Positions 1 to 9,609 of a DNA stretch of 64,000 bases are shown here, piece after piece. The DNA is from Candidatus Brocadiaceae bacterium (GTDB taxonomy: Bacteria > Planctomycetota > Brocadiia > SM23-32). The notes below the pieces were generated by a model that worked only from the letters and a program-made list of their open reading frames with translations, searched no databases and was not told where the DNA came from. The stretch lies in contig PUMJ01000293.1 of NCBI GenBank assembly GCA_003551305.1, positions 304 through 64,303 of the forward strand. The letters run 5' to 3'. The translations under genes were made by a program, and so were the position numbers. Each line of letters opens with the position of its first letter. Positions within the stretch are counted from its first letter, which is position 1.

Positions 1-1
1 G

Positions 2-682
2 CCGTACTGGGACCACGAGGACCGTCAGCAATTGGCCGACCGCGTCTCCGGGGGCCTGTTCGGGCGCGAGCTTCCCCCCGGGCTCCTGCACGTGGCCACC
101 CACAAGGACGCCGGCGCATTCGTCCAGATCAACGAGGGTGGACGCCGATTCCTCATGCGCAACCGCGAAGACCTGGAAACGTTCGTGAGCGGGACCGTCC
201 AGGCCATCACCGAGCAGATAGACCGAACAGGCGAAGTGCTGGTGACGGATTGGGATGAGCGCGACGGCATGATCATCCACCGTTTCTCCTTCCGCGCGCA
301 GGTCCGCGGTGGGGACGGCTGCATGGCGCCGGAGGCTGGCCAGGATGAACCGCAAGCAATGCGCTGGCTGTTCGTTGACTTCTTCATGCGCCCCGAGGGC
401 GAGGATGCCGTTAACTTCCAGATGCGATACGTGGCCCCCGACGAGGTTTACGAGGCCTTGATCCCGGAACTCGATTTCATCGAATCCAGTTTCCACTACA
501 CCGGGCCGCTGGCCGAGGAGTTCTTCGTGCCGGACGCCCCGGCGGAGAGGGTGCCCACGGCGGGCGAAGCCGCGGAAGCCGTCGCCGACGAAGGCGGCCT
601 GCCGACCTGGCTGCTTCTTCTCGGAGTTGGCGTCGTTATCTGGATGCTCATGAAACGCAAGAAGGAGCAGCCGGCCACCTGA
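2..682 (+). CDS. hypothetical protein, 5' partial at window edge, C-terminal membrane anchor
   Basis: The frame is open from position 2, and the listed ORF start at 32 is a TTG. The C-terminus LPTWLLLLGVGVVIWMLMKRKK is a hydrophobic helix followed by basic residues. No family recognised. Confidence 0.5.
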   Translation, partial: PYWDHEDRQQLADRVSGGLFGRELPPGLLHVATHKDAGAFVQINEGGRRFLMRNREDLETFVSGTVQAITEQIDRTGEVLVTDWDERDGMIIHRFSFRAQVRGGDGCMAPEAGQDEPQAMRWLFVDFFMRPEGEDAVNFQMRYVAPDEVYEALIPELDFIESSFHYTGPLAEEFFVPDAPAERVPTAGEAAEAVADEGGLPTWLLLLGVGVVIWMLMKRKKEQPAT

Positions 683-750
683 GCGTCATTCTCTCGTTCG
701 GAATCCCCCGGCGGGTGGGTGGCATCTCCAGGCAGAGTAACCTGTCTCAC

Positions 751-780
751 TTGCACGAGCACCTCCTTTTTCCCTACAAT
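751..780 (+). promoter_or_regulatory. sigma-70-like promoter candidate upstream of etfB
   Basis: TTGCAC (751-756), 18-nt spacer, TACAAT (775-780), about 120 nt upstream of the etfB GTG. Confidence 0.3.
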
Positions 781-900
781 CTTTCTTCTGCTCCCGGTGC
801 TTCCGCCCCTTTGACAGGTGGGTCCGGCCGGTGGGCGGGCTCCACATCCGACTCCGGGCCTGCAGTTCCCGATAGCTGACCCCTGAGGATATCGCAACAG

Positions 901-1767
901 GTGAGTTACGAGATAATAGTCTGCGTCAAACAGGTGCCGGACACTGAGAACCTGACCGGCGATGCGATGAAGGAGGACGGCACCGTCAACCGCAGCGCGC
1001 TGCCGGCCATAGTCAACCCCGAGGACCTGAACGCCCTCGAACTCGCCGTGAGCGTCAAGGACGCCCACGGGGGGCGCGTGACGGTCATCAGCATGGGGCC
1101 GCCCAATGCGGCCGAGGCCTTGCGCGAGTGCCTCTACCGCGGCGCCGATACGGCCGTGCTGCTGACCGACCGCCGCTTCGCCGCCAGCGACACCCTGGCC
1201 ACCTCTTACGTGCTGAGCTGCGCCGTGCGCGCGCTGGGCTCGCCGGACATCCTTCTCTGCGGCCGCCAGGCCATTGATGGCGACACCGCCCAGATAGGAC
1301 CACAACTGGCCGAGAAGCTGGGCCTGCCCCAGTTCACTTACGTCGAGCAACTGGCGGATATCGGCGACGGCTGCGTCACCGTGCGCCGCGCCCTGGATGA
1401 CGGCTATGAGGTGGTGCGCGGGCCGTTGCCGGCCTTGTTGACCGTGACGTCCGAAGCCAACGCGCCCCGCCCCCCTTCCGCCAAGCGCGTGATGAGATAC
1501 AAGAAGGCCCGCGCCGCATGCGAGCTGGTCAACGAGGATGAGACCCTGCTCGGAGAGCTGCGCCAGCGCGGCCTGCTGATCGAGCAGTGGGGTCTGGAGG
1601 AGATCGGCGCCGAGGAAGCGGCCTGCGGCGGCAGCGGCTCGCCCACGCGCGTGAAGAAGATTGACTCCGTGCAGCTCCGCTCAGAGGAACACAAGCCCGT
1701 CGAGCCGACAACCGAGGGGCTGACGGAACTGGTCGAAGAACTCATAGCAGAGCACATCCTCGACTGA
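901..1767 (+). CDS. etfB: electron transfer flavoprotein beta subunit
   Basis: GTG start. N-terminus IIVCVKQVPD, then ALELAV...VTVISMGP and CGRQAIDGDTAQIGPQLAEKLGLP, all typical of EtfB/FixA. Followed by etfA. Confidence 0.9.
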   Translation: MSYEIIVCVKQVPDTENLTGDAMKEDGTVNRSALPAIVNPEDLNALELAVSVKDAHGGRVTVISMGPPNAAEALRECLYRGADTAVLLTDRRFAASDTLATSYVLSCAVRALGSPDILLCGRQAIDGDTAQIGPQLAEKLGLPQFTYVEQLADIGDGCVTVRRALDDGYEVVRGPLPALLTVTSEANAPRPPSAKRVMRYKKARAACELVNEDETLLGELRQRGLLIEQWGLEEIGAEEAACGGSGSPTRVKKIDSVQLRSEEHKPVEPTTEGLTELVEELIAEHILD

Positions 1768-1807
1768 CTCCCCCGAGACGGTCCGATATCCGGGAGCCGA
1801 CAGTACC

Positions 1808-2833
1808 ATGCACGATGAACCGACAGACGTCTGCGTCTTCGCCGAGGTCCACGACGGCAAGCTCGCCGAGGCCAGCCTGGAGCTGCTCCACAAGGCGCGC
1901 GACCTGGCGTGCGAACTGGAAGGCGCAGTGGGCGCATTCCTGCTCGGCAGCGATGTCCGCCCCCTGACCGAACAGCTTTTCGCTCATGGCTGCGACCGGG
2001 TCTACCTGGCCGACGATGGGGCCCTGTCCCACTATTCCACCCTCCCCTACGCCGAGGTGCTGAGCAGCATGATCCGGCAGGCCGGACCGGCCGTCGTCCT
2101 GTTCGGCGCCACCACGCTGGGCCGCGACCTGGCCCCCCGGGTCGCCTCCAAGCTCCAGGTGGGCCTGACGGCCGACTGCACAGACCTGCAGATCGGCCCC
2201 CACACGGACATCATCAAGGGCAAGGAATACCCGCGGCTTCTGTACCAGATCCGGCCCGCCTTCGGCGGCAACATCATCGCCACCATCGTCAACCCCCGGA
2301 CAAGACCCCAGATGGCCACCGTCCGGGAGGGCGTCATGAAGATGGGCACGCCCGAGCCTGACCGGGGAGGGGAACTGGTCGAGTTCAACGGCGCCCTGGA
2401 CGATTCACTCCTCTGCGTCGAACTGCTCGAAGAGCAGCGCGCCCCCCGTTCGGTCAACCTGAAGAAGGCTAAGGTGATCGTGGCCGGGGGAGCCGGAGTG
2501 GGCGGCCGGGAGGGATTCGAGCTGATACGGAAGCTGGCCGAGACCCTGGGCGGACAGGTGGGCGCCTCCCGCGCAGCGGTGGACGCCGGCTACATCGCGA
2601 AAGCCCACCAGGTCGGGCAGACCGGCACCACGGTGCGCCCAAAGCTCTACATCGCCTGCGGCATCAGCGGCGCCGTCCAGCACCGGGCCGGCATGCAGGA
2701 AGCCAGCAAGATAGTGGCCATCAACACCGACCCGGAAGCCCCCATCTTCCAGGTCGCCCACTACGGCATCGTGGGAGACCTGAACGAGGTCGTCCCGGCG
2801 CTCATCGACATATACAAAGAACACGCGAAGTAA
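1808..2833 (+). CDS. etfA: electron transfer flavoprotein alpha subunit
   Basis: C-terminal FAD-binding signature [12 protein letters not shown]...[29 protein letters not shown]...[13 protein letters not shown]. Confidence 0.9.
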   Translation: MHDEPTDVCVFAEVHDGKLAEASLELLHKARDLACELEGAVGAFLLGSDVRPLTEQLFAHGCDRVYLADDGALSHYSTLPYAEVLSSMIRQAGPAVVLFGATTLGRDLAPRVASKLQVGLTADCTDLQIGPHTDIIKGKEYPRLLYQIRPAFGGNIIATIVNPRTRPQMATVREGVMKMGTPEPDRGGELVEFNGALDDSLLCVELLEEQRAPRSVNLKKAKVIVAGGAGVGGREGFELIRKLAETLGGQVGASRAAVDAGYIAKAHQVGQTGTTVRPKLYIACGISGAVQHRAGMQEASKIVAINTDPEAPIFQVAHYGIVGDLNEVVPALIDIYKEHAK

Positions 2834-2849
2834 GGGATCGGAGCCGAAG

Positions 2850-4583
2850 ATGCCCAACTTCTTTACCGACAACGAAGATATCCTCGGCTTCCTGGACAGC
2901 GCCGAGCTGCGCACCATAGTCATGCTCCAGGAGCGCAACTACGCCGAGGCCGACCGATACGACTACGCGCCCACCGACTACGAAGATGCGATGGACAACT
3001 ACCAGCGCGTGCTGGAGATCGTCGGCGAGCTGGCCGCCGAGTTCATCGCCCCCCGCGCCGCCGAGGTGGACGAGGAGGAGGCGCAGTTCCACGACGGAGC
3101 CGTCACCTACGCCCGGGGCACGCAGGAAGCCCTGGACCAGCTCACCAAGGCGGACCTGATGGGCTTTACCCTGCCCCGTCGCTACGGCGGGCTCAACATG
3201 CCTATCACCATCTACACGATCGCCACCGAGCTGGTGAGCCAGGCTGACGCCAGCCTGATGAACCTTTTCGGCCTGCAGGACATCGCCGAGACCATCAATA
3301 GCTTCGCCGACGAAGAGGTGAAGGCGCAGTTCCTCCCTCGTTTCAGCAGCGGCGAGGTCACAGGCGCCATGGCCCTCACCGAACCCGAGGCTGGCAGCGA
3401 CCTGACGAACGTTCAGCTCCGCGCCGACCAGGACCCCAACGACGGCACGTGGCGGCTCAACGGCGTCAAGCGCTTCATCACCAACGGTTGCGCGGAGGTG
3501 CTGCTGGTGCTGGCCCGCAGCGAGCACGACACAGCCGGCGCGCGGGGCCTGTCGCTGTTTCTGTGTGAGGCCGGCCCCGAGGTGCGCGTGCGCCGCATCG
3601 AGGAAAAGCTCGGCATCCACGGCTCCCCCACCTGCGAGCTTCAGTTCACGAATGCCCCCGCCCTCTTGATCGGCAGGCGTAAGCGCGGGCTCTCCACCTA
3701 CGTGATGGCGCTGATGAACGGCGCGCGGCTGGCCATCGCCGCCCAGGGCATCGGCATAGCCCAGGCCGCCCTTAACGAGGCGCTCGAATACGCCGCCGAG
3801 CGCGAGCAGTTCGGCCGCCCCATCCGCCAGTTCCCCGCCGTCCGGCAGATGCTCGGCGACATGCATATGAAAGTCGAGACCTCCCGGCTGCTGACCTACG
3901 AGACGGCCATCGCCGTGGATATGACCAACAGCATCGAGCACCTGCGCGAGACCGGCGAGCTGGATCAGATGCCGGGCGGGGAGGAGCTGGCCGACCAGCG
4001 CCGCTACTGGAGCACGATCGCCCGCGCCCTCACTCCCATATGCAAGTACTACGCCACCGAGATGTGCAACGAGGTCGCCTACGACGCCCTCCAGGTGCTG
4101 GCCGGCAGCGGCTACATGCGCGACTACGAGGTCGAACGCCTCTACCGCGACGCCCGCATAACCACCATCTACGAGGGCACTACTCAGATACAGCACAACG
4201 CTGCCGTCGGCTATGTCCTGAACGGCACCCTGGAGAGCCGGTTCGGCGAGTTGCACGAGGACCTGGCCGCCCGCGGTGCCGACCCAGGTATGCTGCAGGC
4301 GCTCCAGGAGTCCCGCGTTCGGCTCCAGGAAGCGGTGGACTACGTCAACGCGCAGGACAACGACTTCCGCGACCTGCACGCCTCCAAGCTCGTTGAGAGC
4401 GCCACGGCCATCTACAACGGCTACCTGCTGCTGGGGCCCGCCATGCGCTCTGAGCACAAGCACGCGCTGGCGGAAAACTACATGAACGAGCAGATGCCGG
4501 AGGCCTGGATGCGTTGCGAGCAGGTCTGCAGCGGCGCTCGCACCTACCTGGACCGGATGCCGGAACTGCTCGACTACGAGTGA
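2850..4583 (+). CDS. acyl-CoA dehydrogenase (long form, about 577 aa)
   Basis: Motifs GAMALTEPEAGSDL and RLNGVKRFITNG, and a C-terminal YRDARITTIYEGTTQIQ region. Sits directly downstream of etfBA. Confidence 0.9.
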   Translation: MPNFFTDNEDILGFLDSAELRTIVMLQERNYAEADRYDYAPTDYEDAMDNYQRVLEIVGELAAEFIAPRAAEVDEEEAQFHDGAVTYARGTQEALDQLTKADLMGFTLPRRYGGLNMPITIYTIATELVSQADASLMNLFGLQDIAETINSFADEEVKAQFLPRFSSGEVTGAMALTEPEAGSDLTNVQLRADQDPNDGTWRLNGVKRFITNGCAEVLLVLARSEHDTAGARGLSLFLCEAGPEVRVRRIEEKLGIHGSPTCELQFTNAPALLIGRRKRGLSTYVMALMNGARLAIAAQGIGIAQAALNEALEYAAEREQFGRPIRQFPAVRQMLGDMHMKVETSRLLTYETAIAVDMTNSIEHLRETGELDQMPGGEELADQRRYWSTIARALTPICKYYATEMCNEVAYDALQVLAGSGYMRDYEVERLYRDARITTIYEGTTQIQHNAAVGYVLNGTLESRFGELHEDLAARGADPGMLQALQESRVRLQEAVDYVNAQDNDFRDLHASKLVESATAIYNGYLLLGPAMRSEHKHALAENYMNEQMPEAWMRCEQVCSGARTYLDRMPELLDYE

Positions 4584-4624
4584 GCCGAAAACCACAGCCG
4601 GGTTTATTCCGTTGAGGGGGCGCA

Positions 4625-5500
4625 GTGAAGCAACCCGAGCGCCGCGTCGGCTTCCACGTTTCCATCGCGGGGGCGCTCCCGCTCGCCGTGGAGAGGGCCC
4701 TCGAGCGCGAGTGCAGCACCTTTCAGGTCTTCTGCGGCAACCCCCGGGGCTGGCGCCTGCAGGAGCGCGACAGCGGCGAGCTGGCTGCGTTCAGGCACAC
4801 GCGACGCGAGGCCGGCCTCTCGCCCCTGTTCGTCCACGCGTGCTACCTCATCAACCCGTGCGCCTCTGATTCCACCGTCTATCGCCGCAGCATCCGGCGT
4901 CTGCGGGACGAGTTGGAGCTTTCTGCCGCCATGGGCGCAGAATTCTACGTGCTCCACCCCGGAAGCCACAAGGGCCGCCCTCGCGACTGGGGCCGCCGCC
5001 GGGCGCGCGACGCGATAACCGCGGCGCTCGAACGCGCCGAAGCTGCCCCGCGGCTGCTCCTCGAGAACACGGCCTCGGACCACGGCCCGGGCGGCAGCGT
5101 CGAGACACTGGGGGCCCTGGCGGGCGCCATCGAGGACGCCGTGCCCGGGGCCGAAATCGGGCTGGCGGTTGATTCGTGCCACGCTTTCGGAGCGGGCTAC
5201 GACCTGCGCCGCCGGGAGGAGGTCAACCGGCTCGTGGCAGAGACGGACCGGGCCGCCGGCCTGGAACGCGTCCGGCTCTTGCACCTGAACGACTCCCGCG
5301 ACGAACCCGGCAGCAAGCGCGACCGCCACACGCACATCGGGGAGGGTAATATCGGGCCGGACGGCTTCCGCGCCCTGCTGAGCCACCCGGCTTTGTCAAC
5401 CCTGCCGCTCGTGCTGGAGACTCCCTGGGAATCCGTCGAGACCGACCTGCGCAACATCCGCCGCGTCCGCACCCTCCTGGCCGAGAGCAGCCCGAGCTGA
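4625..5500 (+). CDS. nfo: deoxyribonuclease IV (endonuclease IV, AP endonuclease family 2)
   Basis: VGFHVSIAG start region, LHPGSH, HLNDS and DRHTHIGEGNIG metal-ligand motifs. GTG start with GAGGGGG upstream. Confidence 0.85.
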   Translation: MKQPERRVGFHVSIAGALPLAVERALERECSTFQVFCGNPRGWRLQERDSGELAAFRHTRREAGLSPLFVHACYLINPCASDSTVYRRSIRRLRDELELSAAMGAEFYVLHPGSHKGRPRDWGRRRARDAITAALERAEAAPRLLLENTASDHGPGGSVETLGALAGAIEDAVPGAEIGLAVDSCHAFGAGYDLRRREEVNRLVAETDRAAGLERVRLLHLNDSRDEPGSKRDRHTHIGEGNIGPDGFRALLSHPALSTLPLVLETPWESVETDLRNIRRVRTLLAESSPS

Positions 5501-5647
5501 CCACGATGACACGCCGAGCACGACGCCGGTGCACGTCAGGAATCCACGGCGGCGATCCGGCGAAAGCAACGCTGCCCTGGCTAAAGGAGCGAGATTCCGG
5601 ACTCCGGCCCTCCTGCGTGTCTGCGGCGTGAATGGGGCCGGGGCGCG

Positions 5648-6622
5648 TCAGCCTTGTTTTTTCCACCAGACGTCGGCGAAGCTGCCGCTGGCCCTGGAGC
5701 GCTCCTCCTCGCTGACCGGCTCAATGAGTTTGCCGTAGAGTTCGGGGCGGCGTGCACGGATGTAGCGACGCCCACCGGCCTGCTCGATCTTCTCCGGCGT
5801 CAGCAGCCCCACCACCACGTCGTCCCCCAGCGCATGCGATTCGACCAGCACCTCCCCGAACGGGTCAATGATCATGGCGTTACCGGGCTTGATAGTGTCG
5901 GCGTCCACGCCGACGGCATTGGAGAAGACCAGGTAGATGCCATTGTCGTAGGCGCGGGCCGGGAGCCAGTGCATCAGCCAGCCGCGGCCCTTCGGACCCC
6001 TGAACTCCATGCGGCAGCGCACGGGGTCGCGGTCCCGATTCTCCCAGACCTCCCGCGCTATCCTGCCCCGTCCCGGCATCGGCGAAGGCAGCCCGCCCGT
6101 CACGTGCGGGGCCAGCAGGATGTCCGCCCCCATCAGGGTGGAGATGCGCACGTTCTCCACGAGGTTGCAGTCATAGCAGATCAGGATGCCGAAGGTGCAT
6201 CCCGCGTAGTCGAAGACCCTGTAGCCCCCGGCCGGCGAGAGGTGCTCGCTCACGAACGGGTGCAGCTTGCTCTGCCAGGCCACGGGCCCATCGGGTGCGG
6301 CCACGACGTAGGTGTTCTGCAGCCCGCCCTCTGCGGTCTTCTCCAGCAGCCCGGCGGCCACGGCGACCTCGCACTCGCGTGCTATCTCGACCAGCGCTTC
6401 GGTGGACGGGCCGTCCGGCACGGGCTCGGCCAGCGCCTCCATCTCGGAGCGCCTCAGGTTTTCCAGGAAGGTGTAACCGCAGATGCTGCACTCATGGAAG
6501 CACACCATCTCAGCCCCCCGGTCGGCGGCGCTGCAAGTGAGGCTGCGGATGCGCCCGAGGTTGAAGTCCTTGTCGGCGTCACGGGCTTCGAACTGTGCGG
6601 TCCCGATACTGAAGTCGCGCAT
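5648..6622 (-). CDS. carbon-nitrogen hydrolase (nitrilase superfamily) protein
   Basis: FEARDADKDFNL...GAEMVCFHECSICGY and ICYDCNLVE (catalytic Cys context). GGAGA RBS 8 nt upstream of the ATG at 6622. Confidence 0.85.
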   Translation of the reverse strand: MRDFSIGTAQFEARDADKDFNLGRIRSLTCSAADRGAEMVCFHECSICGYTFLENLRRSEMEALAEPVPDGPSTEALVEIARECEVAVAAGLLEKTAEGGLQNTYVVAAPDGPVAWQSKLHPFVSEHLSPAGGYRVFDYAGCTFGILICYDCNLVENVRISTLMGADILLAPHVTGGLPSPMPGRGRIAREVWENRDRDPVRCRMEFRGPKGRGWLMHWLPARAYDNGIYLVFSNAVGVDADTIKPGNAMIIDPFGEVLVESHALGDDVVVGLLTPEKIEQAGGRRYIRARRPELYGKLIEPVSEEERSRASGSFADVWWKKQG

Positions 6623-6652
6623 TGCTGTGTCTCCAATGGGCGGACGCGTTGG

Positions 6653-7939
6653 TCAGGCCGCCGGAGGCACGACGCGGTTGCGGCCCTGCTCTTTGGCCCT
6701 GTAGAGGCGCTTGTCCGCCCTCTCGAACAGCGCCTCAACGTCGTCGTCGGGGTGGAACTGAGCCACCCCGAGGCTGACGGTGACAGGGATGAGCTGCCCG
6801 TCGGCACCTCGGAACTTCTGCCCCTCAATCGTGCAGCGGAGCCTCTCGGCGATGCCCACCGCCTGCCGCTGGCGGGTCCGGGGCAGCAGGGCCGCCATCT
6901 CCTCCCCACCGTAGCGATAGGCCGTGTCGTACTTGCGCAGGGTGCGCTGTATGCGTCCCGCCACGCGGGCCAGCACCAGGTCACCGCTGGCGTGGCCGTG
7001 CGTGTCGTTGACCCTCTTGAAGTGGTCTATGTCCAGCAGCACCAGGGAGAACGGCTCACCGCTGCGAAGCGCGAACTCCGCCGAGGCGCGAAGCTGAGTG
7101 TTGAAGTGACTGCGCGAGTAGAGGCGTGTCAGCCCATCCACGACGGCCTTCGTCTGCAAGTACTTCGTCTTGACTGCCAGGCTGATGTGGTGGCTCGCCT
7201 CCAGCAGTATGCGTCGCATGCTGCGGTTGAACTGCTCCCGCTGCTCGTCGGGCGGCCGCGAATCGGTCAGGAACGCAAGCTGCAGCACGCCCAGTATCTT
7301 CTCCTCCACTTTCAGGGGCACGACGGCGTTCAGCTCACCCTCCTCGATGCGGCAGACCACGCTGTGGCGCTGGAACTCGGAGAGATCGAGCTCGGTGATG
7401 GAATCGTCCGGCACCTTGTTGCCGGCCAGGAACTTGCCGTCCTCGTAGCGCGCGAAAGGCTGGAGCCTCTCCCCGCCGTCCTCGATGAGGAATATGGTGG
7501 TCTGGAGTGGCTCGAGCAGGCCATCGAGCAGTTCCAGCACTTTCTCGGCGATGATGCCGAAATCACTCTCCTGGTTGATGACCGTGGCGACCTCGCGCAG
7601 GGTGGAAAGCTCCTCGATGCGGCTGCGCTGGCTCAGGCGGAGGCTCTCCAGCTGGCGCAGCCGCTTGTGCGTCTCCCGCAGCCGCGCCCTCAGGCGCCGG
7701 TTCGTGGCATCCTGGGTGCCGCTGATGGCGCTGGTGAACATGCCGTAGAGCGCCGCCAGAGCACCGAACAGTGCCGGGATGCCGAACACCACGCGGTTCG
7801 TCAGGTCGGAATCGAGCGGCGGCAGGTGAAACAGCAACTGCGCCGCCAGCGCAAGGCAAGAACCGGCCGCTATCAGGCACACGAAGAACCAGACGTTGCC
7901 GAAGACGGCCCGCAGCGCCCGCGGGTCCCGAAGGTCCAT
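6653..7939 (-). CDS. diguanylate cyclase, TM + coiled-coil + GAF-like + GGDEF domain
   Basis: LLDIDHFKRVNDTHGH...RKYDTAYRYGGEEMAALLP...SLGVA...ADKRLYRAKEQGRNRV. I prefer the ATG at 7939 (MDLRDP) over the TTG at 8005. N-terminal hydrophobic helices. Confidence 0.85.
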   Translation of the reverse strand: MDLRDPRALRAVFGNVWFFVCLIAAGSCLALAAQLLFHLPPLDSDLTNRVVFGIPALFGALAALYGMFTSAISGTQDATNRRLRARLRETHKRLRQLESLRLSQRSRIEELSTLREVATVINQESDFGIIAEKVLELLDGLLEPLQTTIFLIEDGGERLQPFARYEDGKFLAGNKVPDDSITELDLSEFQRHSVVCRIEEGELNAVVPLKVEEKILGVLQLAFLTDSRPPDEQREQFNRSMRRILLEASHHISLAVKTKYLQTKAVVDGLTRLYSRSHFNTQLRASAEFALRSGEPFSLVLLDIDHFKRVNDTHGHASGDLVLARVAGRIQRTLRKYDTAYRYGGEEMAALLPRTRQRQAVGIAERLRCTIEGQKFRGADGQLIPVTVSLGVAQFHPDDDVEALFERADKRLYRAKEQGRNRVVPPAA

Positions 7940-8014
7940 GTCACACACCCCGACCGAGACGCAGGGATTCCCTGCAAGTTCTCCGCCAATGGTAGGGAAA
8001 CGCAACGGGCAAAG

Positions 8015-8455
8015 TCAAAAAGCCGGGCGGACCCACACGGGGCTGGACCACGCCCTCTGGCCGTTGCGCTGCTCCACGCGAACGCGGTAGTGGGCCTCAC
8101 GCTCGAGGGGCTCGTCGTCCTCAAACTCCATCTCGGCGGTCCAGGCCGCCTCCGGCACGGCGCGGTGGACCTTCGCCTTGTAGGCCATGTGGTGGTAAAC
8201 ATCGTCTCTCTCGGGCGAACCCGGCGACAGACCGCACCGGTCCCGCAGCATCCGGACGCACTCGTCCCGGTACCAGAGTTCCCGGCTGCCGACGGCAAAG
8301 TCCGCCACCTTGCCCGAGCATTCGAGCCCGTTCAACTTCAGCCGCAGCAAGGTCTCCGGGGCGGCCTCGAACTCGAAGACGTCCGCGTTCTGCCACCTGT
8401 GGGCGGCCGTCTCGCTCATGCTCCGGAAGGCGAACTCCGCGCTCGCACCGTGCAA
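8015..8455 (-). CDS. C-terminal part of the same DUF3604-like protein (same frame, downstream of TGA 8495-8497)
   Basis: Same reading frame as 8495..9598 (both codon phases agree). Ends ...GQRAWSSPVWVRP, a typical C-terminal motif of that family. The listed start is a TTG; the alternative ATG at 8419 has no RBS that I can see. Confidence 0.5.
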   Translation of the reverse strand: MHGASAEFAFRSMSETAAHRWQNADVFEFEAAPETLLRLKLNGLECSGKVADFAVGSRELWYRDECVRMLRDRCGLSPGSPERDDVYHHMAYKAKVHRAVPEAAWTAEMEFEDDEPLEREAHYRVRVEQRNGQRAWSSPVWVRPAF

Positions 8456-8494
8456 CCGCGCCGCCTGCTGCCCGGGCGATATCCAGCACGGCTC

Positions 8495-9598
8495 TCAGCC
8501 CGTGAACCGGCCGGCGTCCAGCTCCAACCGGCCGCTCCAGGCGCGCGGGGGCACATCGAATTCGTTCGGGCGCGGGCCCCAGCCCGCCTCCACGCGCAGC
8601 TTGTAGCGGCATCGTTCCCCCGGCCGGGGCATGCGCCACGAGCCCTGGTGGCAGTGCGTCGCCACCACGCGAGCGTTGCGCAGCAGTTCTATGCGGTCCA
8701 GCGCGTCCGAACCCCTCACCCGGACGTGGACGCGCCGCCTCCCGCCGCACTCGATGATGCTGCCCATCACGGCGCCGTCGACCGTGAAGTCCAGCAGGAT
8801 GCGGTCTCCCGTGACGCCGTAGACCCGACGCGCCCTGAAAGCGCCCCAGAGCGCCCCGCGCGTCAACTCCTCGGCCAGGCACGCCATCCGCCCGTCTCCG
8901 AAGCGTCCGGGCATGCCGCCCCACATGTCGGTCGAGCAGACGGCGCCCAGGTGCAGCCCCCGGTCCAGGGCGTCCTGCCAGGTGCCCCCGCCGACGCCGG
9001 GCCCCATGTGGTTGTTCCGACGCAGGCCGACCCACTCCTCGTCCGTCTCTGAGCAGCCGTGCACCGAAAATATCTCGGTGAAGGGGCTGAGCGCCTCGTC
9101 GAAGACCGTCCACTCCCGCCCGCGCACGCCCGCCCGATAGGCGGTGTGGTGGGGGATGGCCAGCGCCTCGACGTCAAGGCCGCGCAGCCGCTGGTAAAGC
9201 TGAGCCAGCCGGTCCACCCGGACGATGGGCGCCTCCTCGGTGCGGTGGAAGACGTTGTGATCCCCGTCGGAGCCGTCGCCCTGCCATTCGTAGCCCGGGA
9301 AGGTCACGAACTCCCCGGGGCTGTTGTGGGCGCGGCAGGCCTCCTGCACCTCCCCCCCCTCCCGTTCGAGCCGTTCGGCGGGCTTCCAGCCCTCCAGGAT
9401 GAGCGGCTGCTCGGCGTCGCTCTCGACCGGATGGCCGCCCTCCTCGAAGGCTTCAGCGCAGGCGGTGTAGTACGCGGCGGCGTAGAAATCCAGGTGCTTC
9501 GCCGCTTCCTCCATCACCGCGTCAATGGGCGGTCGCTGCTGCGCGAACTGGTAGGTGTTATCGTGTGTCTCGCCCCAGAAAACGCGATATGCGTCCAC
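8495..9598 (-). CDS. DUF3604-like metallohydrolase, N-terminal part (ends at an in-frame TGA)
   Basis: FWGETHDNT, PGYEWQGDGSDGDHNVFH, IPHHTAY and FSVHGCSE resemble the DUF3604/PHP-like metal-site pattern (family recalled from memory). I prefer the GTG at 9598 because the listed start at 9667 overlaps the gltX 3' end. Confidence 0.7.
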   Translation of the reverse strand: MDAYRVFWGETHDNTYQFAQQRPPIDAVMEEAAKHLDFYAAAYYTACAEAFEEGGHPVESDAEQPLILEGWKPAERLEREGGEVQEACRAHNSPGEFVTFPGYEWQGDGSDGDHNVFHRTEEAPIVRVDRLAQLYQRLRGLDVEALAIPHHTAYRAGVRGREWTVFDEALSPFTEIFSVHGCSETDEEWVGLRRNNHMGPGVGGGTWQDALDRGLHLGAVCSTDMWGGMPGRFGDGRMACLAEELTRGALWGAFRARRVYGVTGDRILLDFTVDGAVMGSIIECGGRRRVHVRVRGSDALDRIELLRNARVVATHCHQGSWRMPRPGERCRYKLRVEAGWGPRPNEFDVPPRAWSGRLELDAGRFTG

Positions 9599-9609
9599 CG
9601 GCGACTCCC

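Noticed and set aside
5654-9052. 1132-aa plus-strand ORF spanning three minus-strand genes. Similar giant antisense ORFs occur at 2802..4595(-), 15621..17492(-), 22842..25445(-), 30921..32927(-), 55396..57735(-), 43581..45149(+) and 9565..11124(+).
   Set aside because: Their translations are Arg/Ala/Gly/Pro-rich low-complexity strings with no domain motifs. Each lies antisense to a gene with unambiguous family signatures. This is a typical stop-codon-poor artefact of high-GC DNA.
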